Below are positions 27,914 through 38,977 of a stretch of DNA of 64,000 nt, piece after piece; positions within the stretch are counted from its first letter, which is position 1; each line of letters begins with the position of its first letter. The DNA lies in NCBI GenBank assembly GCA_013540605.1, contig JABVCK010000027.1, positions 171,976 through 235,975 of the forward strand. The letters run 5' to 3'. A program made the translations under genes and the position numbers. Below the pieces are notes generated by a model, which saw nothing but the letters and a program-made list of their open reading frames with translations, did no database searches and had not been told where the DNA came from. This stretch comes from Bacillota bacterium. GTDB lineage: Bacteria; Bacillota; Clostridia; Ch29.

Positions 27914-29080
27914 TTAAGCATAGTTCCCCCCTCCCCCAATATCAAAACTGTAATTTCTGCCCAAACGGACATAATCTTTGGTTACTCTATTCATGCTCTC
28001 TGTGAAACTGTTTGTAAGGTTTTCATCAGGAAATTTGAAGTAGTTAATTACTTCTTGTTTGCATCGGTTCAGAGCGTTTTTGATTTTTACAAAGTGTTTC
28101 ATTGACTTTGGAACGTTTTCTTCCCACAAGTAGAACAGTTCAAATGCTTCTTTTGAATCTGCTGCAAGGTACACATCTCTCAAGTCTTCCTTTAGCCAGT
28201 ATGCAATCTTCAATTCATCATACTTTTTGAATATTGCATCCCTTTTGGCTACTTTGTCAGGTGTAAGTTTTTCTTTGCCAGTGAGAAGTATTTTTCTTAC
28301 GCCCCATAACTCCTGTGTCTCCGCTGTATTCGCCTTGTTTTTTATAGCATTGAAATATTTTAACAATGCTTTATTGGCAAAAGCGATAACGTGGAACTTG
28401 TCAATAATAACCTTTGCATTTGGAATCAATTCCTTACATACATACTTGTACGCTGGACACATATCCATCGTAACGGCTTCAATATTCTCATAGCCCTCCA
28501 TACTGCTGATAAATGCCTTTAAAGCCGCTTTTGTGTTGCTCTCCAGCATCTCAATCATTATGCCTTTTTCAATGTCCATAAGAACCGCTCTGGCTCGTTT
28601 ACAGATATACACTTCATCAATTCCTAATACCCTTGGAGCCTTTATTTTAGTGTTGTTGCGGATTTCCATTACAACCTCATCAAAGTACCGTTTAACTGTC
28701 TGGCTTGATAATCCAACTTCATCACCAATATCTTCATAACTCCTTTTAACTGCCTGTTCCATGATGTATTCTTTAAGCCTTTTAGTTACCTTTGCAAATG
28801 TGTCAATACCGTTTAATGGCTCATAGAATGTCTCACCACACGCTGAACACTTGTATCTACGATGCTTTATTCTAAGTAATACTCTCTTGCCTTGCGAAGG
28901 TATATCTACAACATCTCTATATCTAACCGAATGTTTTGTAAACTTTACGTCAATGCTTCCACAGTGAATACATACATAAGGCGGTTCTTCGGGTTCAATC
29001 ACATAGAGGTAATCGTATTTGTTTTGTTTGAAATCCAGAATCCTGTATCCTGGCAAATGCAATGCGTTCACCCAAATCAC
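27914..29080 (-). CDS. ISL3-family transposase, probably C-terminally truncated
   Basis: C..CG zinc finger, LGIDE, VTMDM, IDKFHV, TNSFTESMN. Confidence 0.88.
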   Translation of the reverse strand: MIWVNALHLPGYRILDFKQNKYDYLYVIEPEEPPYVCIHCGSIDVKFTKHSVRYRDVVDIPSQGKRVLLRIKHRRYKCSACGETFYEPLNGIDTFAKVTKRLKEYIMEQAVKRSYEDIGDEVGLSSQTVKRYFDEVVMEIRNNTKIKAPRVLGIDEVYICKRARAVLMDIEKGIMIEMLESNTKAALKAFISSMEGYENIEAVTMDMCPAYKYVCKELIPNAKVIIDKFHVIAFANKALLKYFNAIKNKANTAETQELWGVRKILLTGKEKLTPDKVAKRDAIFKKYDELKIAYWLKEDLRDVYLAADSKEAFELFYLWEENVPKSMKHFVKIKNALNRCKQEVINYFKFPDENLTNSFTESMNRVTKDYVRLGRNYSFDIGGGGNYA

Positions 29081-29290
29081 TCCCTATCATCTTGAAATGC
29101 ACTTCTAAATCGTGCAGATGATAGAAAATGATTTTTTATAATTTCAAGTATTTTTTAAGCAGTCACCTTTTTGTAATCTTCAAATCTTTCACAACTTCTA
29201 AAAATAAACTTGTTGTTTACCCACCGCTGAAGTTCACGAATTTTTTTAGGAGCATTTTGTTTGTCATATATCATTACATAAGGGTCATTA

Positions 29291-30730
29291 TAATGATACC
29301 AAAAAACAAGACAGACAAAACGGCTAAAATAAGTTAGAATGAGACTATGGAAAAGAGAAGACATTTCACACCGGAAGAAAAAGCGAAAATAGTGATTGAG
29401 GTCTTGAGGGAAGAAAAAACGCTGAATGAAATTGCAGTAGAGCATGAGGTACACCCTAATTTGGTAAGCCGCTGGAAGGCGGAATTCTTAAACAATGCAG
29501 CAAGAGCATTCAGCAAGGAAGCTGAAGAAGTAGAGAAGGTCAGACAGTCGTATGAAAAGGAGAAGGACGAACTGCTTAGGCAAATAGGTCAACTTTCATA
29601 TGAGGTTACCTGGCTTAAAAAAAAATCTGGCCGAATCTAACTCCCGTGAAGACCGCATGAAAATGATTGATAGGGATAACAAAAGGCTTAGTATCAGCAG
29701 GCAGGCAAAACTCCTGAGCATTAACCGGTCAAGCCTTTATTACAAGCCTGTCCAGATAAGCGATGAAGAGTACCGTATCAAGCGTATCATTGACGAGGTG
29801 TATACAGCGCATCCGGAATACGGCTATCGTAGGATGACGGTGATACTGAACAGAGATTATGGGATTCTTATCAACCGGAAGAGAACCCGCCGCTATATGC
29901 GAGAGATGGGCATACATGGGTTTTGCCCTGGTCCCAACCTCAGCAAGCGGCTGCACAGCAAATATGTATACCCCTACCTTCTCAGAGACTTGAATATTAA
30001 CCATCCGAACCAGGTATGGTCTGTGGATATAACATATTGCCGGATGAAGAGAGGTTTCATGTATATGGTAGCTATCATAGACTGGTATTCCCGTTATATT
30101 GTTGGCTATGCCTTGTCAAATACGCTTGAGAGGTCATTTGTTATACAAGCAATCAAGAAGGCAATAAAGAGGTATGGGGCCCCTGAAATCATTAACAGTG
30201 ATCAAGGCTGTCAGTTTACTTGTGACGATTACATAAACCTGCTAAAGGAGAAGCATATCAAGATATCAATGGACGGAAAAGGCAGAGCATTGGACAATCA
30301 AAGGATAGAGAGGTTCTTCAGGTCTTACAAATGGGAGAAGCTATATTTGGAAGAATACGAAACCGGGCATCAGCTAAGGCAAATAACTCAGGAATATGTT
30401 GAATACTATAACAACAGGCGACCACATCAGTCATTGGGCTACAAAACACCGGCAGAATACTATTTTGGAGGCTGTCAGCAACTTCCGGCAGTTGTATAAA
30501 ACCTTGGGGCTCTGCCCCAAACCCCGTCCTCGTCGGAAGGCAGCCGGTCTGTCATAACAGACCGGAAAGCAAAAGGATGTATGCGGATTGGATGTCAAGG
30601 GCCAAGTGAACTCGCATACGCTCGCCCTTGACATCCACCAACAGAGTGTATTGATGTAAGTATCTAAAATAAAAGAAAGGAGACCTAACTTAGCCCGGCA
30701 AAAAAATTGTCTTGACAATGGGGAGCATCA
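29291..30730 (+). mobile_element. IS3-family insertion sequence
   Basis: Imperfect about 46-bp IRs sharing CAAGACA and TAAGTTAG; orfA/orfB; no target duplication seen. Confidence 0.85.
29347..30499 (+). CDS. IS3-family transposase OrfAB (-1 frameshift)
   Basis: OrfA HTH 29347-29640; A9 slippery run 29617-29625; OrfB WSVDITY, NSDQG.QF, DN..IERF. Confidence 0.92.
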
Positions 30731-31486
30731 TACATAATCTAGTTCTTTCAACTTGTATATACGATATAAGTCAAATTCGAATTCGGTATTATAATTTACT
30801 AATACATAAACCCTAGTTTTCCTCATGTTTATATCAGTTTGCTTTTTAAAATATTTAAGGTTTTGGATTATTAAGTCTGACTGCTCATTTGTATCCCAGG
30901 CAAAGTGAAGCATTTTTAACTTTAGTTGCTTAATTTTGTCAATTACCTCATCTGTCATAAGCCTTATATCTAACCCTTGAGTAAAATCAATATATGCTTT
31001 GCTCTCTATAAGTTGGTCAAGTAATTCTATTTTGTCAGGGCAAGCAAGTAAGTTAGGGTCTAATAGTTTAATCTCTTTTTGTCCATTCCAAAATTGTCTT
31101 AAAGACGCTACTTGATAACTGTACCTTCCTTCTTTTTTACTTACTATGCAAAACGGACAATTTCTTGGGCAGCCTCTCGTTAGAAAACCGTAAGCAACAT
31201 TTTTTATTCCATATAGTTCATAATCAGGATAAATATTTTCAATTTCGTAAGGTAATTTGTTTTCAAGTCCATATCCAGTTCCACCTTTAATTATTTCATC
31301 TGCCTGGATGCACATTTCATAATCTGGTGTGAAATCGAATACTTTAGAAACATATACTCTGTCATATCGATTTAAAGGGAAAAACCATTCTACATCATCA
31401 CCTAAACTTTTATGAAAAGCAGATATTTTCATTAAAGGCAAGTTTGGAAAATTGTGACCGTCAACATCTATTAAACCTATCTTCAA
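30728..31486 (-). pseudogene. Phage-type radical SAM protein truncated by IS3
   Basis: KIGLIDVDGHNFPNLPLMK, GCPRNCPFC; the stop codon comes from the IS end. Confidence 0.75.
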
Positions 31487-31588
31487 ATTGTCACCCCCAC
31501 CATGAAAGTTGTTTGAAATGTTGTATAATTTTTTATGCTTATTTCTGTAAACCACCATCAAAGTTGTTTACCCACATTAACAGTTATT

Positions 31589-33337
31589 CTACCATTCACC
31601 TATCCTATTCGCTTTGAATAACTCCTCCGGCGTATTAAAAGCTGTAAAAAACAACGGAGACCCAGCAAAGGACAATGGTGAAACTGGTCCTACACTCATA
31701 AATGAATACTGTCTGGATGCTATATCAAAAGAGCTATGAGGATCACGAAAAGTCTGATATAGTTTAAGAGCATTAGGATCTCCTCCAATAATTTCTCTTA
31801 AAGATATAAATTCTGTCCCTAAAGCCAATCCAAATCCAAAAAATAAGATCCTAAGCTGATTTATAATCTCCCTATGCAAACTGGAAAGTGTCTGACTAAT
31901 GAACATCCATCCAAGTCCATACTTCCTAGTAGTTCTTACTGCATCAATTAAAGAGAGCCTCACTCTTTCCTGTCTTTCATCTTCCCTCTTTTCCCTTGAA
32001 GCTAGTCTATGGGCCTCATCTAAGACAACTAACGTATTCAGAAACCTGCTTTCTTGATATGCCGTTTCTGCTAAATAACCGATTGCATCTAGTAGCCTTT
32101 TTATAACCAATGCTTGGATTGTGTCGTTCCAGAAAAGCCCAGTAGCCGTTTCTTTCGATAAATCAATGATAACCACTGGGCGGTTGTCTCCATCAAGGTT
32201 GAACACCTGATTAATTAAGGCATCAACACTTATTGCGCCATCTCGTTCCTTTCTAAACAACTCGGTTATGGGTGCCCAATAGCTATTGAAAAAATCATCT
32301 TTATCTGCTTCTTCATATGCAGCTATAAATCTATTACGTGATGTATCACTTTTATATATTTGGCATTGTATATTTTTATCACCAAGTATCTTCCATGCAC
32401 GTTCAAAAGCCTCACGACTATATAAATCCTTTAACTTCACCTTACTTTTGTCTAACTTCTCAGCCAATAATTCGCAAGCAGTATTTCTATTTTCACCTTT
32501 CCGTATTGTAAGACGATCAAAAAAGGGAGACTCATATAGAATCTCACTAAAAAGATCCCATCTATCCAATACTAAATCTTTAATGCTCTTAACTATTACT
32601 TTTTTACTCATTCTCTTAAATATATCTGCCAAATTCAAAGGAAATCCTTCAGTTCTAATTTGCCCCCTCACATCTTTTGAAAATTCTCCTTGAGGATCAA
32701 TAACAAAAATAGCCATTTCAGAGTACCTAGCATATGCAAGAAGAATCATTTTGGCAAGAACTGATTTCCCTGAACCGGTCTTTCCAAATATCCCTAGATG
32801 ATAAGCTTCTCCTGCTCCATGTGGTCCTCTACCGAAATGTTTAAACCATAGTGGTAATTTAGGTTTTGATCCATATACATGTCCTAAATAAAAAATCTCA
32901 TCTTTATATCTTTCCAATAATTTGTCCAGCATAGCCTCAGTTGCTAAATTAATAAACGTGCCGGTAGCCGGAACTGTTCCCAAAATACTTGGTTCATACC
33001 GGTTACCCTCGTCGCTAAAAACAGCGCTGACCGCCATCTGCCCAAGATGTGTATCCTGCTGTCCGCTTACGGGGTTAACTTGTCCTCTTTGTCTAGCAAG
33101 TGATCTCATAGTCGGATCTTCAAGCCAAATATTTCTCAATTGTACTTCTGTTATCTGACCTAATGCATAATGTGCTTTTCCTTCCTGAGAAAAACTGAAA
33201 AACGCCAATTCTCCAACTAGCTTCTTATTAACAGCAGTTCCCAAAATGTCCAAGGACAGTTCACTTGTTGAAGAAGGTGAACCTATTGTACCGATACGTT
33301 CAGAAATACTTAATAGATTTTGAATACTGCTACTCAT
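31589..33337 (-). CDS. herA: HerA-like ATPase/helicase (HAS barrel plus DUF87)
   Basis: HLGIFGKTGSGKS, VIDPQGEF, VVLDEAH, RKYGLG...SQ; adjacent to nurA. Confidence 0.85.
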   Translation of the reverse strand: MSSSIQNLLSISERIGTIGSPSSTSELSLDILGTAVNKKLVGELAFFSFSQEGKAHYALGQITEVQLRNIWLEDPTMRSLARQRGQVNPVSGQQDTHLGQMAVSAVFSDEGNRYEPSILGTVPATGTFINLATEAMLDKLLERYKDEIFYLGHVYGSKPKLPLWFKHFGRGPHGAGEAYHLGIFGKTGSGKSVLAKMILLAYARYSEMAIFVIDPQGEFSKDVRGQIRTEGFPLNLADIFKRMSKKVIVKSIKDLVLDRWDLFSEILYESPFFDRLTIRKGENRNTACELLAEKLDKSKVKLKDLYSREAFERAWKILGDKNIQCQIYKSDTSRNRFIAAYEEADKDDFFNSYWAPITELFRKERDGAISVDALINQVFNLDGDNRPVVIIDLSKETATGLFWNDTIQALVIKRLLDAIGYLAETAYQESRFLNTLVVLDEAHRLASREKREDERQERVRLSLIDAVRTTRKYGLGWMFISQTLSSLHREIINQLRILFFGFGLALGTEFISLREIIGGDPNALKLYQTFRDPHSSFDIASRQYSFMSVGPVSPLSFAGSPLFFTAFNTPEELFKANRIGEW

Positions 33338-33339
33338 TT

Positions 33340-34473
33340 CTATTTCCCCCTTTCTGTCCTATATCCATGCATATTAAAGAATATTTCAGATATATCTCCG
33401 CTATATAATTCAGTCATCCTACGAGTAGCGGTCTGCCTAAAAGCTGGGATAGCACTACCTAGATGCTTTACCATTCTATCGGCCAAATAAAGAGGATAAG
33501 GTTCCATGATGCCAGCAGTGCTACTCTGATATTTAAGCCCTTGAAACAGAATAGCTAATCGGGAACGGTTAGTTGCAATGGAATAAGCCATTTCTATCCT
33601 TAAAGCCGGTGTCCATCTATGTGGTCTATAATAAACTACACAAAGTCTATTAATGCCTGTTAGAACTTCGTCTCTTAATTTAGTAAGCTCATTATCTTTT
33701 AAAGGTACCTTTAAATGCCATGGTTGTTCAGGTTTCTCCAAACGTATTGGCACAGTAAACTCTCCTGGTAATAGAAGGGAGGTTAAAATTGCTCTATCAT
33801 CGTAATATGAAGGCCAACCGAATTTTTCGCCTAATTCCCTTCGTGTAGTATATTTAGGTAAACCGACCCACAATTTATCCGTCCTTGGAGCTTCAATTAT
33901 AGTTTTATATGAGATCAAAAACTCTTTGAACTCATTCGTTAATTTTTCACTAAGGTGTCCGTTCCCATAATCTGGCAAGCTATTTAAAGCCTGATTCATA
34001 TATATCAAAGGTGTTGTAAGAGAACCGTCTAACATCACTACATCATGAGGAGCTTTAACAGCTAGATTAAATTCCATTCCCATCATAATACCTCTAATAA
34101 CTGTTCCACTGCTAGGATTATGCCTTTCAGGAGAAATGAATACGAGATGGTTCGGTTTTTGCCAATATCTTGTTTCTGATGGAGGTGCCAATCCTTCAAT
34201 AGCGACTGCTGCACATGCTATGAGATCAGTAGAAAGTAACCTTTCAACAACATATGAACCGTCCACTCCACAAGTTGTTGGAATCCCAGGATACCCAAAA
34301 TCACTATCATTTTTTAAGATTCCTTTGTCCTTCAGTTGCTTTCTAATTTCTTCTTTATTCTTTTGTAATTTCATGAAAGAATTAAACAACTCTTCTCCAA
34401 TTTTTTCGCTCTTCAATAACATCTCATCCACTAAAGCTTCCGGTAACTGTGAAAATACGGTTTGATTTTCCAT
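33340..34473 (-). CDS. nurA: NurA-family nuclease
   Basis: CGVDGS, VMLDGSL, G.PK, EPYPLYLAD..VK motifs. Confidence 0.85.
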   Translation of the reverse strand: MENQTVFSQLPEALVDEMLLKSEKIGEELFNSFMKLQKNKEEIRKQLKDKGILKNDSDFGYPGIPTTCGVDGSYVVERLLSTDLIACAAVAIEGLAPPSETRYWQKPNHLVFISPERHNPSSGTVIRGIMMGMEFNLAVKAPHDVVMLDGSLTTPLIYMNQALNSLPDYGNGHLSEKLTNEFKEFLISYKTIIEAPRTDKLWVGLPKYTTRRELGEKFGWPSYYDDRAILTSLLLPGEFTVPIRLEKPEQPWHLKVPLKDNELTKLRDEVLTGINRLCVVYYRPHRWTPALRIEMAYSIATNRSRLAILFQGLKYQSSTAGIMEPYPLYLADRMVKHLGSAIPAFRQTATRRMTELYSGDISEIFFNMHGYRTERGK

Positions 34474-34700
34474 CTACAATCCTCCCGTATGTATATAAGA
34501 CCTTTCAAAACTACAAATTTACTTCTTACTTTTAGTAAAAAAACTCTTATTTCTAAACAATCCCACCTTTTATATCCTAATTCCACAAAAACTGTTATTA
34601 TCCTTCAATGTTATGATATTACATATAAATAAAAAAGCCCACAGTTTATACACTGCAGGCTTCTAAGTATAAAATAAATATTAAAAACTAAATAACAGCC

Positions 34701-35918
34701 TTATATATCCTTAATTAGTAAGCTTCTTTTTATTTCACCTTTATCCCATTTCTTCCATAACGTATTGCTTTCTGCCCTATTCTTCATATATCTTTCTTTC
34801 CAGTAATCAGCCAATTCTTTAAACTTATAATCATGAAATTTTATTTCGTTGTCCAATCCACTGACATATTCCTTTACATTAGCCGCTAAAGGAAATAAAA
34901 ATACTTCCCGTTGGACATCATGCTGGACTAGCTCATTAATACTCTTTACTTTCAAACGTTTCTTTATATCTATTTCTTCATTAATCTTTCTCAGGGTTGT
35001 GTTAATTAGTCTAAATTTATAATTAGGTCCGTTACCATAACCGCCTTCCACTTTTATCCCATCCATTAACAAATATTCTTTCATTAAGTTGCATATCTCA
35101 TCGGTATACTTAAATGTTCCAATACCTTTTGTATAACCTAAAGAAAAACATAACAGCTCATTTTTATACTTAACTCTATTATAAAGTGAGCTCCTTCCAT
35201 ATGCTGAAGTCGTAGTCAACAAAATTAAATTAGGCGATACTGGATTATCCTCCATTTCGGTTCTTCTATTACCGTATTTCTCTTTATAGAAATTCCTAAC
35301 CTCATTTGATACCGAGCACATCGCAACCAATTTCCCTCCTAAAAGCATATTATATGGGGGTACGGCTCCCAGTGTAAATATGTCCATAGTCTCATTCAAC
35401 TTATAGACCTTTTCTCTGCCTTTAAGACCTAGCCATTGATTTCTTAGTGACAAACCTAGAGTAGGAGATTGACATCCAAGAATTCCTATTAATTTACCAT
35501 TACTTCTATCCATTATTAAAAAACATAGTCTTCTTCCATATCCAAATGTGTATGGCAAACTCCAAGTAAACCTGGCCGTTTTAAAAATGTCCCATTGTAG
35601 CTTATCACGAACGGGAACTAACTGAGGCTCAATATTTTCAGGGATTATATCGGTACCATTAGCGAAATACTTGTCAATAATCATGTTCCCCCTAGTGGTA
35701 AGAAACTTCCTATGTTTTATCAATAATTCTACACGAGCTTTTTCATGTATTTTCTTTAAGACATCTTTATCATCACCATTATTTCTATGTAAAGGATACT
35801 CTTCGATTTTTCTAATAATTTTATTTAAAAGCATCTTCTTTTTTCTTTCAAATTTCTTTACCTGTTCAATTGACTTGTTTGAAATATCAGCTTTTTCTTC
35901 TGACTTCATAATATACAC
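34701..35918 (-). CDS. DruA-like (DUF4338) protein
   Basis: WSLPY..GYGRR, GKLIGI, LGAVPPYN.LLGGKL, TTTSAYGRSSLYNR, GYTKG.G. Confidence 0.8.
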   Translation of the reverse strand: MYIMKSEEKADISNKSIEQVKKFERKKKMLLNKIIRKIEEYPLHRNNGDDKDVLKKIHEKARVELLIKHRKFLTTRGNMIIDKYFANGTDIIPENIEPQLVPVRDKLQWDIFKTARFTWSLPYTFGYGRRLCFLIMDRSNGKLIGILGCQSPTLGLSLRNQWLGLKGREKVYKLNETMDIFTLGAVPPYNMLLGGKLVAMCSVSNEVRNFYKEKYGNRRTEMEDNPVSPNLILLTTTSAYGRSSLYNRVKYKNELLCFSLGYTKGIGTFKYTDEICNLMKEYLLMDGIKVEGGYGNGPNYKFRLINTTLRKINEEIDIKKRLKVKSINELVQHDVQREVFLFPLAANVKEYVSGLDNEIKFHDYKFKELADYWKERYMKNRAESNTLWKKWDKGEIKRSLLIKDI

Positions 35919-36008
35919 CTCCGCTTATCGAATAGGATATTCTTAAAGTTAGTATAAACTCCGTTATTTTTCATTATTGTAGCATTGTAATGCCATCTTT
36001 AAAATATT

Positions 36009-37685
36009 CTATACTCTTCTAACTATTACCTTCCTTATCTCAAATTCCGGAAACTTTTTCAGCATGAAAACCTCTCCAACGCCCAGCCTCTTTATCTCAT
36101 CCGGATGCACGATAAAACTCCTTTGCTCGCTGACGGTACCCATACCGGTCATTCCCGCTTGGTCAATCTGTCTGGTAATTGACATATCCTCCCTGGTACC
36201 TATCAACGACGACAGCAGTTCGGCCGATGCCGGCACGTCCTGCCGATGAATTATCTTGATGTTGGTATTCCCCAGCACCTGCTCCATCAGCTCTTCTTCT
36301 CCGCCCGTTCTCAGATCAGCAAGCTCCTGAGTGCTTAAGATAACGTGAAATCCCGCGCCCCTCGACTTGTTAATATAATCGGTCACCTGGGACCCGGCAA
36401 ATACCCCAAACTCATCGAAGATACTGAATACCTTCTTTCCCCTCCCGAACATCCTTGCCGCCGTCGTCTTCAGATCTATCACAATAAGCCTACCCAGCAG
36501 CCGCGAATACTCCGGAAACCTGAGACTGTCTAAACTAAAAAATACAACTCCATCGCTGTCTATGGCGGATACCAGGTCAATGGTTGTATCTTCATCCTCA
36601 TCCGTATCCTTTAGAAGATGCCCTATCTCGCTCTCCGCAAAAACCGCAAGTCTGTTCACCAGCCCCCCGATATCCCTCTTCGACTCTTCCACCATCCCCG
36701 CAAACCGCTTAAGCTCGTACTCGTCAATCATCCCCTCCCTGGCCAGCTTCCTGGCGGCAAGGACGATGTCCCCCGGATCCAGCAAATCCGCAATATTGCT
36801 CAGATCAATCTTCACTCCCAGCATCTGGAGCACCCTTATTGACGACTGCAGATACCTCTCCGCCATCAGCTTATAATGCGGCTCGGTCCACTCGGTTATG
36901 GAAATCAGCTTGTCCTTCAACTCCGAGTAGTTCCCCCTCCTCAGCGGATTGTAATGCAGAGAGCCGCTATCGGCGGCCATGGAGAACCCGAAAAACCTCC
37001 TGCCGCACCTCTTCGCAATATTCCTTACCCGCTCCATAAACTCAATCTCTCCCTTACCGTCCACTACAATAAGGGGTATGCCCCTGAGCGCCGCACTCTC
37101 CACAAAATTCATGAGCGTAGTGGTTTTACCGGCTCCGGTGGCCCCCAGGACAAGACAGTGGCCATTAAGCTCCGCGTCCGTAACATGTACCGGCTTCCCG
37201 TCCATGCTTATCCCCAGCGCCGTACCCTCCGGGGGATGAACCAGCCTCTCCATCATCTCCGCGGCCTTTTTCCCGGAGATTGTTTTTCCCGGTTTATCGT
37301 GCCTATCTTTCATCCATTCCGGCCGGGATGCCTTTATCATTTCAATTATTAGGCCCATTACAACCCCTATGGGTACCCCTGCCTTAACGAACACAGCCCA
37401 GTTTATAGTCCCGCCGCTCCGATGCCCTGCCAGGCGTTTAAAAAGCATTACCTGCTGATGGCAATACTCAAATACAAATTCCTTGAATCCAAAGGCCAGA
37501 AATACCGCAAAGGCCATTCCTATGACGGCACCTGTACCATACACCATTAGCTTTTTATCCTTAAAGCCTTCCGCAAGCGCATACATAAGCGCCGCAACCG
37601 GCAGCGCCGGCCAAAAAAACAAAAAAACCCCTATTCCAAGGGCAGCAATCATAATCCTGTCGGTATCACACAATCGGTTATGCAT
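36009..37685 (-). CDS. Type IV coupling protein (TraD/TrwB/VirD4-like)
   Basis: N-terminal TM helices, H.LVLGATGAGKT, VDGKG, IFDEF, RGAG..V..STQ. Confidence 0.88.
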   Translation of the reverse strand: MHNRLCDTDRIMIAALGIGVFLFFWPALPVAALMYALAEGFKDKKLMVYGTGAVIGMAFAVFLAFGFKEFVFEYCHQQVMLFKRLAGHRSGGTINWAVFVKAGVPIGVVMGLIIEMIKASRPEWMKDRHDKPGKTISGKKAAEMMERLVHPPEGTALGISMDGKPVHVTDAELNGHCLVLGATGAGKTTTLMNFVESAALRGIPLIVVDGKGEIEFMERVRNIAKRCGRRFFGFSMAADSGSLHYNPLRRGNYSELKDKLISITEWTEPHYKLMAERYLQSSIRVLQMLGVKIDLSNIADLLDPGDIVLAARKLAREGMIDEYELKRFAGMVEESKRDIGGLVNRLAVFAESEIGHLLKDTDEDEDTTIDLVSAIDSDGVVFFSLDSLRFPEYSRLLGRLIVIDLKTTAARMFGRGKKVFSIFDEFGVFAGSQVTDYINKSRGAGFHVILSTQELADLRTGGEEELMEQVLGNTNIKIIHRQDVPASAELLSSLIGTREDMSITRQIDQAGMTGMGTVSEQRSFIVHPDEIKRLGVGEVFMLKKFPEFEIRKVIVRRV

Positions 37686-38280
37686 CCTTCAACACCTCCT
37701 CCAGCTTTATTACCCTGATAAAATCAATCCCTTCCGTTGCCTTCCTCACTGCATTCTCCACCGCTGCACCGTCAACAAAATACCAGACTTCGTCGTACTC
37801 TATATTCCGCTTGTATATCGCTAAATTCCTGTCCATGGACCTTACCGACTTCCTTGTTAATTCAAGCTCGCATGCTATCCTTCTTCCTTCCATAAGCAGA
37901 ACACCGTCCGGTACCTTTTTCCTGTAATCCCCTCCTCGTCTCAACTCCCTTTCCGATAACCACACGCCCCTTTTTTCAAGCTCAATGCTCAGGTCGATAA
38001 CCCCAAGGTCATGCCTGAACGTAGCAATATTGATCTTCCTCGGCGGAGCCCACAGCCCGGTACCCGACATCCTAGCCCCCGCCTCCGTACACAGCCATAC
38101 TCCCGGAGCATCCCTGAGCGGCCTCACGTGAACCAGGTACCCCTCAACATCCAGTTTTCTGAGCCTCTTATACGTATACCAAATGCCGATTCCAAACCTA
38201 ATACCCACCTGCTTTGCAGTTGCAAACCTCATTCTGTTTATCCATCCCAAAATTTCAATATCCCTCTCGGTAACCTGCAT
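37678..38280 (-). CDS. Replication-relaxation family protein (wHTH plus PD-(D/E)xK); putative relaxase
   Basis: TERD.EIL wHTH, HDL, PDG...A.ELELT.KS; translationally coupled to the coupling protein. Confidence 0.78.
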   Translation of the reverse strand: MQVTERDIEILGWINRMRFATAKQVGIRFGIGIWYTYKRLRKLDVEGYLVHVRPLRDAPGVWLCTEAGARMSGTGLWAPPRKINIATFRHDLGVIDLSIELEKRGVWLSERELRRGGDYRKKVPDGVLLMEGRRIACELELTRKSVRSMDRNLAIYKRNIEYDEVWYFVDGAAVENAVRKATEGIDFIRVIKLEEVLKDA

Positions 38281-38329
38281 GCAACCATCTCCTTTGCGAT
38301 ATATTCCTTGCCCTGAAAAGTATCACTCA

Positions 38330-38360
38330 ATCCTGCAGCATTGCGCCCTATTCAAAACCG
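38330..38360 (+). other. Candidate oriT/nic site
   Basis: CATTGCGCCCT directly upstream of the relaxase, resembling the IncQ-type nic TAAGTGCG|CCCT. Confidence 0.35.
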
Positions 38361-38492
38361 TCTGTACCAGTGCTTACTTCCAATTCCGCCTCTTTCAACG
38401 CCCAGGCTCTTCCTGTCCGCCCAAAAAGTAAAAAAAACCTCCGGTCCCGAAAGACCGGAAGCTTTCATCCTTATACGAATGTCCTATGTACC

Positions 38493-38798
38493 TTACTTTG
38501 CACCCTTGATAACCCTTATCTCCACTTCCTGTTTGTCTACCCTTTCAGCCAATGCATCAAGTTTGGTCTCCAACCTATTAATAGCTTCTGTATTCTGTAT
38601 ATACCCGTCAAAAAGGGCATCAATTTTTCCCCCAAGCTTGTTTTCAAGCCCTGCAATTTTAGTATTAACTTCATCAAATCTCTTGTCCACATGCTCAAAT
38701 TTTTCATCGATTTGCTCGAATTTTTTATTCATTTGTTCAAATCTCTTATTCATCTCACTGTACATAGATTCAATCAGGTTAAATATCTTTTCTTCCAT
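38493..38798 (-). CDS. Small heptad-repeat coiled-coil protein
   Basis: KRFEQMN/KKFEQID/EKFEHVD/KRFDEVN heptads; RBS AAGGAG; terminator at 38431-38461. Confidence 0.75.
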   Translation of the reverse strand: MEEKIFNLIESMYSEMNKRFEQMNKKFEQIDEKFEHVDKRFDEVNTKIAGLENKLGGKIDALFDGYIQNTEAINRLETKLDALAERVDKQEVEIRVIKGAK

Positions 38799-38977
38799 AT
38801 GCTCAACTCCTTCAAAATTATTTTACCACAGAATATCCCATTCAAAAAGCCGTTTTTCCCTTTTAATTTCCATACCCGCCTGTCCGTTTCCCACCAGCAA
38901 CACCAAACCAAACTTAAACCCGTTACCTTCCTCTCATCAAAACCGCCTCCTTCACAGAGATATTAAAAAATCAAATT

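Noticed and set aside
31589-33337. ATPase as the missing VirB4
   Set aside because: Too short, has a HAS-barrel-type N-terminus and is coupled to NurA, so it is HerA-like
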